Shown here piece after piece: positions 23,254 to 35,189 of a stretch of 64,000 bases of DNA. The translations under genes were made by a program, and so were the position numbers. The notes under the pieces were generated by a model that saw only the letters and a program-made list of their open reading frames with translations, did not search any database and was not told where the DNA came from. Origin of the DNA: Spizellomyces punctatus DAOM BR117 (lineage: Eukaryota); the NCBI GenBank assembly GCA_000182565.2, contig KQ257450.1; one strand, written 5' to 3'. Position 1 is the stretch's first letter. The number at the start of each line of letters is the position of its first letter.

Positions 23254-23963
23254 TTGTTACTTTTTGTAGTTTGTAGGGATTTTTTTGTCAACCTTAATTG
23301 TCTTTGAAATGTATGATCAACATGTACTTTTATTGTTTTTATTCGTTTGTATAGCTCCCATGGAATGGTGGATGCCCGTCCAACTTGTTGTGGAGATCCA
23401 TTGCTGGAACAGCTCCATATGCAATGTGGAATCCATATGCCCCATTCTCCCCCTTCACAAACAAAAAAAAGCACATTCATGCATAAACAAAGGAAACCTG
23501 TTCATGGCCCAAGTGGGTATAGCTCCATATAGTTCCGTTTTGCAGATCAGCTCGTGAAAGTCCGAACGAAAACCAAATGATTACCTCATCGTCCTCAGCC
23601 ACGTGGATTGTTCATTGGAGTCTCTTTCGCCACTTTTGAATTTCTTGTGTTGGGGGGCTCTGCTACAAGGGTTTGTTCATCTTGTCCCCAATTTCTTTTG
23701 ATTTTGGGCTCATTGGAACAAACGGTCCGGGTTTTCTTTACCCATTCTAAACTTGACACTCGTCTTGTCGTGTTTCTGCATTTGTCAGGATACATAAACA
23801 CATTTAGACAGTGTCATTGTTTTTTCTCACCTTGTTCCGTCGGCACCCCGCAATCCTTTCTCTTTATTCACCTCATCCACACTTTACCGTGTGCTTTTAT
23901 ATCCAACCTCTCGCTCCTCCGTACTTGCAAAATCAAACCTTTAAAATGTCGTCCTTTTGAACA

Positions 23964-24635
23964 ATGTCCATCCACCCAGACCTCCCAATGAAGCGCTCCT
24001 ACTCGCATCAAACAACGGTGGCATCCCTCCTATCCTTCCTGGGGTTTTCGCACGCGGATTCCGTGTCAACGTTTCCACCATGCGGGTTAGAGCGCCATGA
24101 AGACGACGAGAATAGTATTGGGAGGCGAAAACGGCGACGAGGGGTGGGTGAGCGTTTACGACATGTCGTTGGGAAATTCATGCGGTCCCGACAAGATGAT
24201 GATGCTGTCCTGTGCGATACCATCCCAACGGATCCCGACCCAAAACACGATCCACTGTCCACCATCTCCTCTGATCAACTCACTGCCCGTGAATTCGCTT
24301 CCTTGGCGCACATCAAAGTCCTCGTCATGTCCGACACGGAAGAAGAAGATTTAACCACGTTTTCGAGTTCAGCTCTGTCACTTTCGACTCCCACCACCAC
24401 GATTCTGGATCCAACCTTTTTTCATCCACCTACGCTTCACACGGAACACCGCACTGCTATTACCAAAGTCGGACGGTTTACGGTTATTGTTGAATCCAAT
24501 AGTCCGTCACAACCCCCCATGCGCACATCGAATGAATCGCGGAATAGTACCAGCGGGCCTTCGAGGGATGTTATGGAAGAGTTTCCGGAATTGAGGAGGT
24601 TTAGAGCTCAGTCCCAACCTCAAGCTGTTTCTTAA
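23964..24635 (+). CDS. Hypothetical protein, low complexity
   Basis: 223-aa ATG ORF flanked by T-rich UTR-like DNA; no recognised domain. Confidence 0.55.
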   Translation: MSIHPDLPMKRSYSHQTTVASLLSFLGFSHADSVSTFPPCGLERHEDDENSIGRRKRRRGVGERLRHVVGKFMRSRQDDDAVLCDTIPTDPDPKHDPLSTISSDQLTAREFASLAHIKVLVMSDTEEEDLTTFSSSALSLSTPTTTILDPTFFHPPTLHTEHRTAITKVGRFTVIVESNSPSQPPMRTSNESRNSTSGPSRDVMEEFPELRRFRAQSQPQAVS

Positions 24636-25168
24636 AGTTTTTTTTATGACCTTGAGATATGAAAGATGGGATTACGATTCTGTGTTCTTTTTGTTGTTCT
24701 TTTTATGCGATACCCCACCGCGTTCCCAACCTTTATAGTACCTCATAGAACAAACTCGTAGAGTTTGTTGGGTTATTTCCTGCTTCCAAACATTCTTTTA
24801 TTGCTGTTTTCTTTTGTATTTTATATGGAACCTGGCTAGTATTTTTCAGTCTTTTTCTGATATATACATTTTTTTTCTCTTGCGTTTTGCGTTAACGTTG
24901 ATTCGTTATTTTTTCTGGGGTGTGTGTGTTGGGTGTTGGGTGGGATTGTAGAGCGTGGGAGGGTATATCGGATGGTGGATGGTAGAGATGAAAGACAAGG
25001 GGACATTCAGAAGGTCGTTCAAAGCAACTTGTTTCTTTGAGATTTGTAGGCAAAATGATATCCAAGTGATTTTCATATTGATATTCTGTGTTTCTTTTAT
25101 TTCGTTACTATCAAATCCATTAAAAAAAAAAAAAAAGAAAGACTAGATACAAAAAAAAGTAATGGCTT

Positions 25169-28100
25169 TTACCCAACGACCCGATTCCACCCCACACCCC
25201 CAACATCCTCATTCTCATCACCCCGTTTCCAACTCACATGCCTCAACAAATCCTTTTTAGTCACAATCCCAACGAGTCGGCCATCCTGCACAACAAGCAC
25301 ATAGCGTAACCCCATTTTCTTGAATAATTCCATGACGAGTTCCATGGGGAATTTGGGGGAGATGGTCATGGGGGTTTGGTCTGTCCAGGGGCGGAAATCT
25401 AGAAAGGGGTCTTCGGTGTCTTGTTGGAGGTCTGTAAAGATGCAGAGTGTTGTCGGTGGACACCTGTTTTGATGGGCTTGATCTAAAACCAAAGAGTTAC
25501 ATTAAACACACAAAGAAACAAAAAAAAAAAACATAAATATAAAAATAACTCACCAATGGCATACCTCAACTCGGCACTCCCAGCATACCCAACCAAAACC
25601 ATCCCATCCAACCCCGCTACAACCGGGTACCCCTTAAACCCCGTCGTCTGTACCAACTCACTCAAAGCCTCCAACGTACACCCACTCCCACAAATGACTT
25701 CAAGATCCTCGACGCGGGTCATGACGGATCCCACTGTGGTGCTGTATGTGTACTCTTCTTTGGCGTCTAGGAAGGGGTAGCCGTTTAATTCGATGAGTGC
25801 GTCGTAGATGGATGCTTTGCCTAGGGCGTCTCCGACCCATTTGGAGACCATGACGGTTAACATGATTGGGAGGACTGTCAAAAAGGTGGGTATTTAGTTT
25901 TGTTGAACATTGGGGAATGGGTAATCAGTTTTTGAAACGTAACTGTATGTCAAGGCCCCAGTCAGCTCAAACATGATGACAGTCAAGGACACTGTCATGC
26001 GCGTCACGCCTCCCAACGCCGCGGCTGCTCCCACCACTAAAAAAAAAATAAAAAAAAAATCCATATGAATAAAAGCTGAAATGTTGTTGCATACTTTGAA
26101 AGGCCCACTCACTTGCGTAGGTCCCAGGTGTCACGCACTGCTCATGCGGTTTACACGAACTGAACATCCACATGTTGGGATACGCCATCTGCCAAAGCTG
26201 CATCCCGATACCCAGGGCCCGCCCCACACAGGCTCCCACAGCCATGGACGGAATGCTAAAAAGAATACAATAAGTCCACGTAACAACTACACCAAAACAA
26301 GTCCAAATACGCACAAAATCCCGGCTGGAACACGTATCCCAAACGTAAAGATTGTGAAAAAGATTTTGATTCCCGCCGCTAGGAACAGGTATTTCACCAC
26401 GGATGCCAAAGCATTCTCGTGGTCACTGTACAAAAGCGTCAAAACCACACCAGATAAACAAAGAGCACCTCGTTTGTAAATCTCCCACCTGCACAGCCCG
26501 TAAAAATCTGTTTCATTGTCAATACACTCTTTAAACAAGTTTGCAACGAGCTCCACAGTGCTAACCCTAACCATCCAAATGATCAATATTTACGAATTTG
26601 AATCTGTTATTAAACCAGTTTGCAAATACCTCAAAAAAGGATGCGCAAAACTCAAGAGCGCGGTAAGGATGGCCACCACTCCGACCTCGGCAATCACCCA
26701 ATGTCGTAACCACGATGATTTACGGTAGGCAGCTACCCGAATGTTCTGGTATTCAAACATTTAGATAAATATCGTAAACAACACGCACAAAGAACACAAC
26801 CCTACGCACCATTCGAATAAAAAATGACCCATACAATCCCTAATTGTCCATAAAATGAGCGAGGACAGATAGCGCAAAAGTTTTTGGCGGGGACACTTAC
26901 CCCAAGAATACCCAGCAAGACAAAAAACGGAAGCTCGAACCCGTGCCACGCTCTTTTATATTCCACCGCAAACAACACCTAAGCCGCGAACATACCATTG
27001 ACCCGAAAATCAATGACAACGAGAAATATCATCTGTACGACTATAACGGTACGTACCAACTTGCCCGTCCGAAACGGGTTCACTAATTGCAATGAGATCG
27101 CCGCAACCATGGCACAGAAAAATGATCTCCACATGGTTTTATATGGGAAGTAGTAGGAAACTTCCTGTATGGACGTAACAGCATTAGCCTCGCGTCTTTG
27201 GTCATATAGGGTACATAGCATACCCACCTCCAAGGAAAACAGCACACCACCAATCGGGGCGCCGAAAGCAACTGACACGCCAGCTGCACTGGAAGCACTC
27301 TACACAACCAGAAACTGTCAACATTTGTTTGCACATTCGACTAGAAAAAGCCACTCACCAATATCTCCCTCTTCTTGGCTTCATTCTTTGCATACTTGTC
27401 AAAAATCCTCGGGAAAATATTTCCTACACAGCATGCCACGTGGACGAGTGGACCTTCTTTGCCCAACGATAACCCTGATGCTACCGATAGACAAAGACCA
27501 ATGCATTTAATCTGAAATTACTCAATTTTAGGAACGAGATTGAGTTCGTTTGTTGTAACTAGTGAGACATACCAGTAACGTCCAGCCTCCAAGAAACTTT
27601 CGAATGACAAAGCCGCCTAGGATGGTCTTGACTTCTGGGATACCCGACCCAGCCGCATACCTAACAAACAAACTCAGAATTATGGCCGTAGTAAGGATGC
27701 CAATTCATGTGCTTACGGAGCGTAAACTTTGACTAGTACAGCACTTGCGAGAGCAAATGCCGTTCCGAATACAGTGAACATGAAATATTCCGCGCCCCAC
27801 ATTGCTGCGCCGGATTGCGCATTAAAAGTCATACTCCACGTTGCCCACTCTGTACATTCCTCATTGGCTAGAAGAAAAAGGAGAATGAAATGAGAACATG
27901 TACGCTGTTATCACACAAACCGAAACGCCGTGATATCCTACCTTCCACATGCCAACAACAGAATTTTCTGTTCAGGTAGAACCCCTCTTTACAATACCCT
28001 TCTTTCAGATCGCTTGCCCATTCCGACGCTACATCAATGTACGCTGCCAGCCATCCTGTAATCGCACCTAACATTTTTTTTACTAGATGAGATGCTCGCC

Positions 28101-29082
28101 AACATGCCGCATCATGAATTTCCGAGTCCTCACCAACTATGAATACTAGAATCCATGCTTGGCATGCATCGTAAGCTTTTCGCAGAGTTCCCCGTACGCC
28201 TCTGAGGTTCTGAAGATTACGTATTCGGACGCGCTCTAAAATGAGATGCTGCTTATTAGCCATTTGCTTTATCCGGTACACGACGTGACGATTTCACCTT
28301 TGGAGAAATCGTGAATCCAGTCTACAACGACCAAGAGTGAAGATATTGATATGTCAGCCCATGTCGATTCCCATAATGTATGTGATGACAACATTACCGA
28401 TAGTCGTAAAATCATCATACACAACTCTACGCCCTGTCCCTTCCATCGCCCATTCAAGAGAACTTGGATCATATTCATCAATCTGCAACGTACACTTAGA
28501 ATTCGGAATAAAACCATGCAACGCATGGTATCTCAACCTACTTTATTCGCATTCGAAGGCCCATGATAAACACCCGGAGAAGTGGGCATAAAACTTGACC
28601 CATCTCTTGTATGAGAAGATCTGGAACTGGATGACCTCCATGATGCGGCTAGTCCACCCAAGAACCGCTGTGCGCTGCTGCTGCTACTCCCAGTTGGTGT
28701 CCCCATCCCAGACGTGCGTCGAGAACTTGTTTTGCGCTTAAATGAAGAAAATGACGCTGGATCGGATCTAGGGCAACATGTTCCCTAATTAGAACCCTCT
28801 TCATAGTTCATGATGTGTATATTTCACATTGACCATTCTTGGCACAGTCCAGAATAGTTCGACTACATACCCCACACCTTCCTCCACATTATTCAACAAT
28901 CTCGCAGCGTCGGGTCGCCCACTCAGCCGTATTCCAGCTGCCGCTGCTGCAGCCTGCATATCAGCCTCATCGCCTTCCAAGTCCGTCAATGATTCTGCCG
29001 CTGTATCAATGCTCGACCGTTGAAGGAGTGGTGCAGTTGATGCCGCAGAGGGAGAAACCGATCGCGTTCGGTAAGCTGTCAT
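25169..29082 (-). CDS. CLC voltage-gated chloride channel/antiporter (GEF1/ClC-3-like) with CBS domains, many introns
   Basis: [65 protein letters not shown], and C-terminal [21 protein letters not shown]. Confidence 0.94.
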
Positions 29083-30804
29083 GAGCAGACTAATTCACTA
29101 TGCAACCCCGTAGCAATAGATGTGAGGTTAAAAGGTCGAGCGTCCGTTAGGGTATACGTTCTCGTTGCGTCTATTTTCGTTTATTTTTTTGGATGTCGCT
29201 TGCTTTCGTGTTGTGGCCCACCGGCCAAACTCTAAAACCAAACCTTGCGCGCTCAGCTCCTACCAGAACGCTAAAGTGATGGTAGGAGCATATCAGAGCC
29301 ACGAAGATGTCACTGTATCCAAAGCCAATGAGAGATCGGTGCAGGTTGGGGGTGGCAGGCATGCATAGTTCGATGATGACGCTACGACACTCGAACCACA
29401 TTCCAATTCTGGGTCGTATTTGCGCGTCGGACTGTTTTAAAGCTCTTGATGCAGTTCCTTGATGTGGCTTCACTAGCTCCGTTGATCGCTCTCCATACGG
29501 ATGCTCTCATCTTTTCTCTCTTTGTATATTTTGTGTGTTGAATCATGTCATTGATTAAAGGAAGCATGAGCCGGAATCAGCAAGAGTGGGAGCGGTTTCG
29601 TTTCAAATTGCCTTCGTCAGAGGGCGAGATATTGCAAAACTCAGTAAGCCAGACGAGGAGACACAGAATTGTACCAAGCAATGACAGAATTACAGGTCCA
29701 TTTACGCTGCCGTGTTGGTTAGGAATGCGCGAATATGGTAACAGCTTGGTCAATGGATCCGCCCAAGTTGAAATATTCTGCCAAGACTGTCAGTGTTCTC
29801 TAACTCGCCTGAATACTCCAAATCCTCAACACTTGCATCCATGAGAGGGTAAATGCATGCGCAAGCATATGCCTGTGAAGACAGTAATAATCACGATAGG
29901 TGTCGTCGGATGTGAGAAAGCGCATGAATGGAAAAATACCCAACCCAAGAACCTAGCGACAAAACAACTCCCTTGTAAACCTCTTCCTCAAGTTGAGGAT
30001 ATTGCCTAGCACCCGACTCTACATTGCGACAAATCTTGATAGAACCTTTCAACAAATCCGCGACATGACCGACCCGAAAGGAAACACAACACAACACAAA
30101 AATGCAAACCAAATTATCCCCGAAATCGATGAGCGGTTGCCGGGCTGCCGACGGACATGCAGGCTCCTACAGAAATACATCAATACCCATAGCTACATCC
30201 GCAGCTTTTGGATGCTGAGTTAGAGTATGACTGATGATTGGATTTCTGACGATAGATACTGTACTTTCGCACAGTCTGGAGATATCCCATTCTACGGTTC
30301 GCATGCACGGCCTAATGATGGCGTCCTGATCTCGATCGTGTTCTGATGCGCGTGGCTAAGCAGGCGCGACACACGCAATTCGGAGCGCGCGGACAGCCGC
30401 CACACCATGCGGCACGGATATCGATATGAAGGACTTGTTATCAAAATTCCATCATTCCCGGTATTCCAACTGAAATGCAAACCAGAGACTTCATGGAATA
30501 CTTGGTTAACGATGAATGCCATATCATGGATGCAAATCAATAAATTGCAAATGCATCTTGCATTAAGCAATCATCTTCCAATACCACCGTAGAGTCAAGG
30601 CTCATGAAACTCTTGAGTATTTGCCAATGTTTACATGCAGGAGAGAATAGATGGATACTTGTCCAGGAAACGGTGGACAGATTGGTGGACTGTGGCTAAA
30701 CAGATCACGTGCCATCGATTGCTGGATGTTGTCATCAACGCATTCCCTTTCCAGCTTCCTTTCTTTATGTCCCAACCAAAGACCCAAAAACTGGGTTTCT
30801 CGAC

Positions 30805-32004
30805 ATGAAAGCACCAGAACTACCGATTCGTGTTGCCCTTCTCGGCGCCGGGATCTTTGCTCGAAACGCCCACCTTCCGACTCTTGTAGCCCATCCAAGC
30901 GTGTTTAAACTACAAGCGATCTACAGTCGATCCGAGGCGTCCGCCAGCAAAGTTGCTGAATTGGTTCCAAATGATTACTTGCACGGCGCCCCCAAAGTTT
31001 ATTTTGATCAAGGAGAGAATGTAGATGGAGAAAGGACTCTGGATGCTCTCCTATCGCGGGAGGATGTGGATGCTGTTGTGATTTGCTTGCCAAGTGCCAC
31101 ACAGATTAAAGTTATCCAAATGGCGTTGAAGCATGGCAAGCATGTCCTAAGCGAAAAGCCCGTTGCTACCGGGGTGCAAGAAGGCTTACAGTTGGTGAAA
31201 GATTATGAAAACGTGCTCAAAACTCGTGACGGCGGCCATCTGATATGGCAAGTGGCCGAAAATTGGCGGTGCGAACCAGCTGTAATTTGGGCATCCCAGT
31301 TGTTCTCGACGCTCGGAAATGGACGAGTACGAACGTTTGCGCTCACATGTTACCTTGAAACGAAAAAGGATAATCAGTATGTAAAAACAGGCTGGAGGAC
31401 GGGCGACGGCGCAACGCTTCCTGGTGGCTTTTTGATGGATGGGGGCGTGCATTGGATTGCTGTTTTAAGGGCAGTGGTTGCATCAGCAGGATGGAGAGTT
31501 GATAGAGCCTGCGCTTTTGGAGGACTGTGGTTAGATTACTGCGCCCCGATGGATTTTATCAGTGGCATTTTGCGATTGCGACAAGGAGACGGATCCCAAA
31601 GTGAAACTTTGCCAAGTGGGACAGTTAACATGTGCTTTGCAGCGTCGGGCAAACCATTCGAAATATCCTTGACGGTGGTATGCGAAAGCGGTACGCTCTA
31701 CTTTCAGGTAAAACCCGATCCAATTGACGGGACTCGAAAATACTTTGTGTGGTGGGTCGCCGAAGGTGGCGAAAAGGTCGTAGAAAAAACTTTCGGGTTC
31801 AATGGTATCGAAGAAGAATTTAGGACGTTTGCCAAAGCCATTCTTCGGGTTCCAGAGCTGCCGAACGTCCGAAACAATGAGTATGGGCAAGGAGATCTAT
31901 CACCGCGAGAAGCATTGATGGACGTTACCGTAATTGAGGCCTTGTTAGATAGTGCCGGAGTTGATGGCAAACCCATGGACGTACCAAATATGTTAGTTTT
32001 GTAA
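30805..32004 (+). CDS. Gfo/Idh/MocA family NAD(P)-dependent oxidoreductase
   Basis: RVALLGAGIFA, VDAVVICLP, GKHVLSEKPVA, VAENWR, GGFLMDGGVH. Confidence 0.9.
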   Translation: MKAPELPIRVALLGAGIFARNAHLPTLVAHPSVFKLQAIYSRSEASASKVAELVPNDYLHGAPKVYFDQGENVDGERTLDALLSREDVDAVVICLPSATQIKVIQMALKHGKHVLSEKPVATGVQEGLQLVKDYENVLKTRDGGHLIWQVAENWRCEPAVIWASQLFSTLGNGRVRTFALTCYLETKKDNQYVKTGWRTGDGATLPGGFLMDGGVHWIAVLRAVVASAGWRVDRACAFGGLWLDYCAPMDFISGILRLRQGDGSQSETLPSGTVNMCFAASGKPFEISLTVVCESGTLYFQVKPDPIDGTRKYFVWWVAEGGEKVVEKTFGFNGIEEEFRTFAKAILRVPELPNVRNNEYGQGDLSPREALMDVTVIEALLDSAGVDGKPMDVPNMLVL

Positions 32005-32070
32005 CAGAAGCTGGTAAGACTTTGGGCAAACAAGTGAAAAATAGGTGATTCAAATAGAGACTAATAGGAG

Positions 32071-32910
32071 TCAGAAACACAAGTTATCATCTACATCTAC
32101 ATCCACTTCATATACTTCCGCTGGGATAGCAGACATCGGCACACCCTCATCATCATTTGAGAGAGGAAAATCAATGTCCCAGTCAGCCGGAAACGCTCCA
32201 AATTCGTTTACCTCTCTATGTTCACTGGAACTTCGACGATCTCCTTGCCCTCGTCTTTGACTTCGGCTACTCTTCCGTTTTCCAGGCGCATTCTCATTGT
32301 TTGGTTTTCGTGGTGTATCCTCATTCTTGGGTTCTTGACTCTGCATACGATCATCATCTCTATCCGCATCAGATGGAGCATTGACGAAATGATACCGAGC
32401 TTTCGCCAGCCCGTGTACTGTAAATACGGCAGCATTGATACGCTCAAGGGTATCTCTGGTAACGCCGTTCCGCAGCAATGTGTAATCTAAATCGAGATGC
32501 CCTTCATGAAAGGTCATTATCCGTCCGAGATAAAGCCATAACTTCTTGTTGGGATCCGACGACATGGGATTGATTGTGGTGACAGGGTAGGGATAGATCT
32601 CTTCAGGTTCTGTGGCTGGATGAATGGGCATATAGAGATGTCGTGCGTCTTCAAGAATTAACCGATCTGACCGACTTGTAACGATGATGAAAAGAGAATG
32701 TCTAGTGCCTTTTGGACTTGAAGGGCACAAATAGACATGATCCGTCAGAGTGGCATCATTGAGACGTTCCAACGAATCTCGGGGCGATGTCAACGCACTG
32801 GTATGCGGAGAGCTAGCAGTTGAAGATGTGGGGGTTGCTCCAGTGGATGCACTCAAAATGATGTTACTAAACCAATACAGTCTTCCAGGGTAGAACCTTG
32901 GCTTCGACAT
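32071..32910 (-). CDS. Hypothetical protein
   Basis: 279-aa ATG ORF convergent with the oxidoreductase; acidic C-terminus; no recognised domain. Confidence 0.55.
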   Translation of the reverse strand: MSKPRFYPGRLYWFSNIILSASTGATPTSSTASSPHTSALTSPRDSLERLNDATLTDHVYLCPSSPKGTRHSLFIIVTSRSDRLILEDARHLYMPIHPATEPEEIYPYPVTTINPMSSDPNKKLWLYLGRIMTFHEGHLDLDYTLLRNGVTRDTLERINAAVFTVHGLAKARYHFVNAPSDADRDDDRMQSQEPKNEDTPRKPNNENAPGKRKSSRSQRRGQGDRRSSSEHREVNEFGAFPADWDIDFPLSNDDEGVPMSAIPAEVYEVDVDVDDNLCF

Positions 32911-33295
32911 GTCTGGAATGCGGGATTAGCATGGTTTTGGACCGGGGGATGCTGATATGGGTATCGTCAATGGGTGGATCTAGTAGATTATGTGACTTGG
33001 CAACGACAGCACCCAAAGGAAAAGAAAACATTGTCACACCGTGGAGCGGAGTTTCATCTCATAACACGTGACTATCGTTCATTACATAATCAAAATAACG
33101 CGTGGAAGACGACGCGCAGAACAAAAGATCTGGATAGTTAAAGTTTCATTCGCGCTCTTGAAAACGGTACATGTGCAAGGAATCCGGCGAATTTAGCGGA
33201 ACACACTGCGGAGCTCATGTGTACATAGAGTGTCACTCGTTTGCCTTTTGCAGTTTCTGTGCAGTAGATTTAGCAACCGTTTGGGGAAAACGGGC

Positions 33296-34935
33296 ATGGC
33301 CACGACGATACCGCTTCTCAGCTATCTCCTTGGTGTCATCCTTTTCGCAACGCTGCCGTATGCATCCGGCCTAGTTTACCCCACAGATGCTTCCGGAAAG
33401 CCCCTCCCAAACTCTATTCAAACATACTACATAGATGCCTTGAATCTCTGGCGAAACCGGGACCTCTACCAATCGGGTCTAGATGATCTGAATCCAGCTG
33501 TCAAGCGCGTGGCACGTCTCGGCAATGCTTCCGTAGACGATCAAACTGTGTACACTGTGACGGCCAAGAATAAAAGTCAGTTGGCGCCTTCCAACAACCC
33601 GCACGATTATTACTCTCTTGCACGATATTTTTGGCCAAATAATCTGACCGTGAACGGACTCCCATATGTGCGAATAGATGGACGGCTAAACCCCGAGTCG
33701 ACGCAGGTGGCAGATGAGGCGTGGTTGTCCAAGGTTGTAGAGGATGTCTGGAATGCAGGATTAGCTTGGTTTTGGACGGGGGATGTGAGATATGCTGATG
33801 TGGGAGTGAAGAGGCTTCGTCAATGGTTTCTGGACGACGCCACGAGAATGAATCCGACCTTGGAGTTTGCTGAGGTAGTGAAAGGCAGAACGGCTCCGCA
33901 GACGGTGACCATCCCTAGCAACATTCCGCCCGGCTGGCCAGGAACAACAACAGATGATGTGTGGGATCATATTCCTGTTGGGTGGCCAGGGCGCCCTGCA
34001 GGAGTAGCCAGAATAAAGCGCCAGGTTCCTGCTACGTCGATCACGTTCGCGCCCTATAATGGCAGTCTTATGGGTAAAGTATACTGGGAAATCTTGCGCT
34101 CCTAGCTAAAGTTAATAGCCAAGCTGACTGGATTTATTTATTTCTGCTTCTTTTCATCTTTGTAGCCATGTCAACGTTCTATGAATTAATCGACGGTGTC
34201 AGTCTCTTGCGTACTTCCCCGTCTTTAACATCTAAAGACCTTGCCTCCTTCACAAACTGGACGACCGCATACCTACAATGGCTACAAACTTCTCCACGGG
34301 GACAGTACGAGTCCTCGCGCACCGATTACCGCGGCGTCTGGTACGATGTCCAAGAAGTCAGCCTGCTTCTTTATTTAAATCGCACAAACGATGCATCTCA
34401 AGTTTTACGGAACCGGTCGTCATACCGGATTGCTACTGCTATTTCACCAAACGGGAATATCCCAGTCGAACTGGCCAAAACTTCCAGTTGGGAATCATCT
34501 GTTACCTTTGTTCAAGGTTTATTTGCATTAGGAACGCTATCTCAAAACGGAGGGTTAGAGGTGGACCTCTTTACCGTCAGCACCAGCGACGGACGAAACA
34601 TACAGCGTGCACTGGACTTCTTGTACCCCTTTGCCCTCGTAAATGGAAGTGGATGGCCAGTGCCTTCCAACCGGGCTTTTCAAAATGGTGAAGCGATAAC
34701 ACAGCTATGTAAAGAAGCCTGGGTGGTGTACGGTGACCAGAAATACCAGCGAGCCGTGCAAACATTGCAAGGTGGAAACCCTGAAACGTGGAACCCGAGT
34801 AGGTTGTGGGCACCTTATCTGGCATTTGATGCGGCTGTTGAGGCGGCCGCGTGGAAAGGAGCTGTCGCCAATTGGCGACTGGTTCTCGGGATGATGGTAC
34901 TGAGCATAGTAGGGATTGGATTTTCAACGGCGTAG
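33296..34935 (+). CDS. Secreted, membrane-anchored alginate-lyase-fold protein (PL5/PL38-like), 2 exons
   Basis: Signal peptide; APSNNPHDYYSLARYFWP...GLPYVRIDGRLNPE; LRQWFLDDATRMNPTLEFA; GVWYDVQ; C-terminal hydrophobic tail. Confidence 0.82.
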
Positions 34936-35189
34936 GAAAAATGTGCACTGGACTGTGTTTTATCTGTAAATTGTATAGCAGCTACAAGGCTCATGTAATT
35001 TAATGCGTACATGTAAACTTAAAAATGTGTGTCAATATATATCAATCGGTACTGGCAAAAAGGATATCGTGGGCAGTTCCAAACGAGTGCGCAGTGAAAT
35101 TGATACTTTTTGAATAAATACAAAATGCAATTTGACAAATGCCCGTCCACTCCCATTTATATTCCCATTCATTCTACCGTCGGCTTCGT

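Noticed and set aside
29100-30700. Short ORFs between the CLC and oxidoreductase genes
   Set aside because: No motifs, splice pattern or repeats that support a gene or element.
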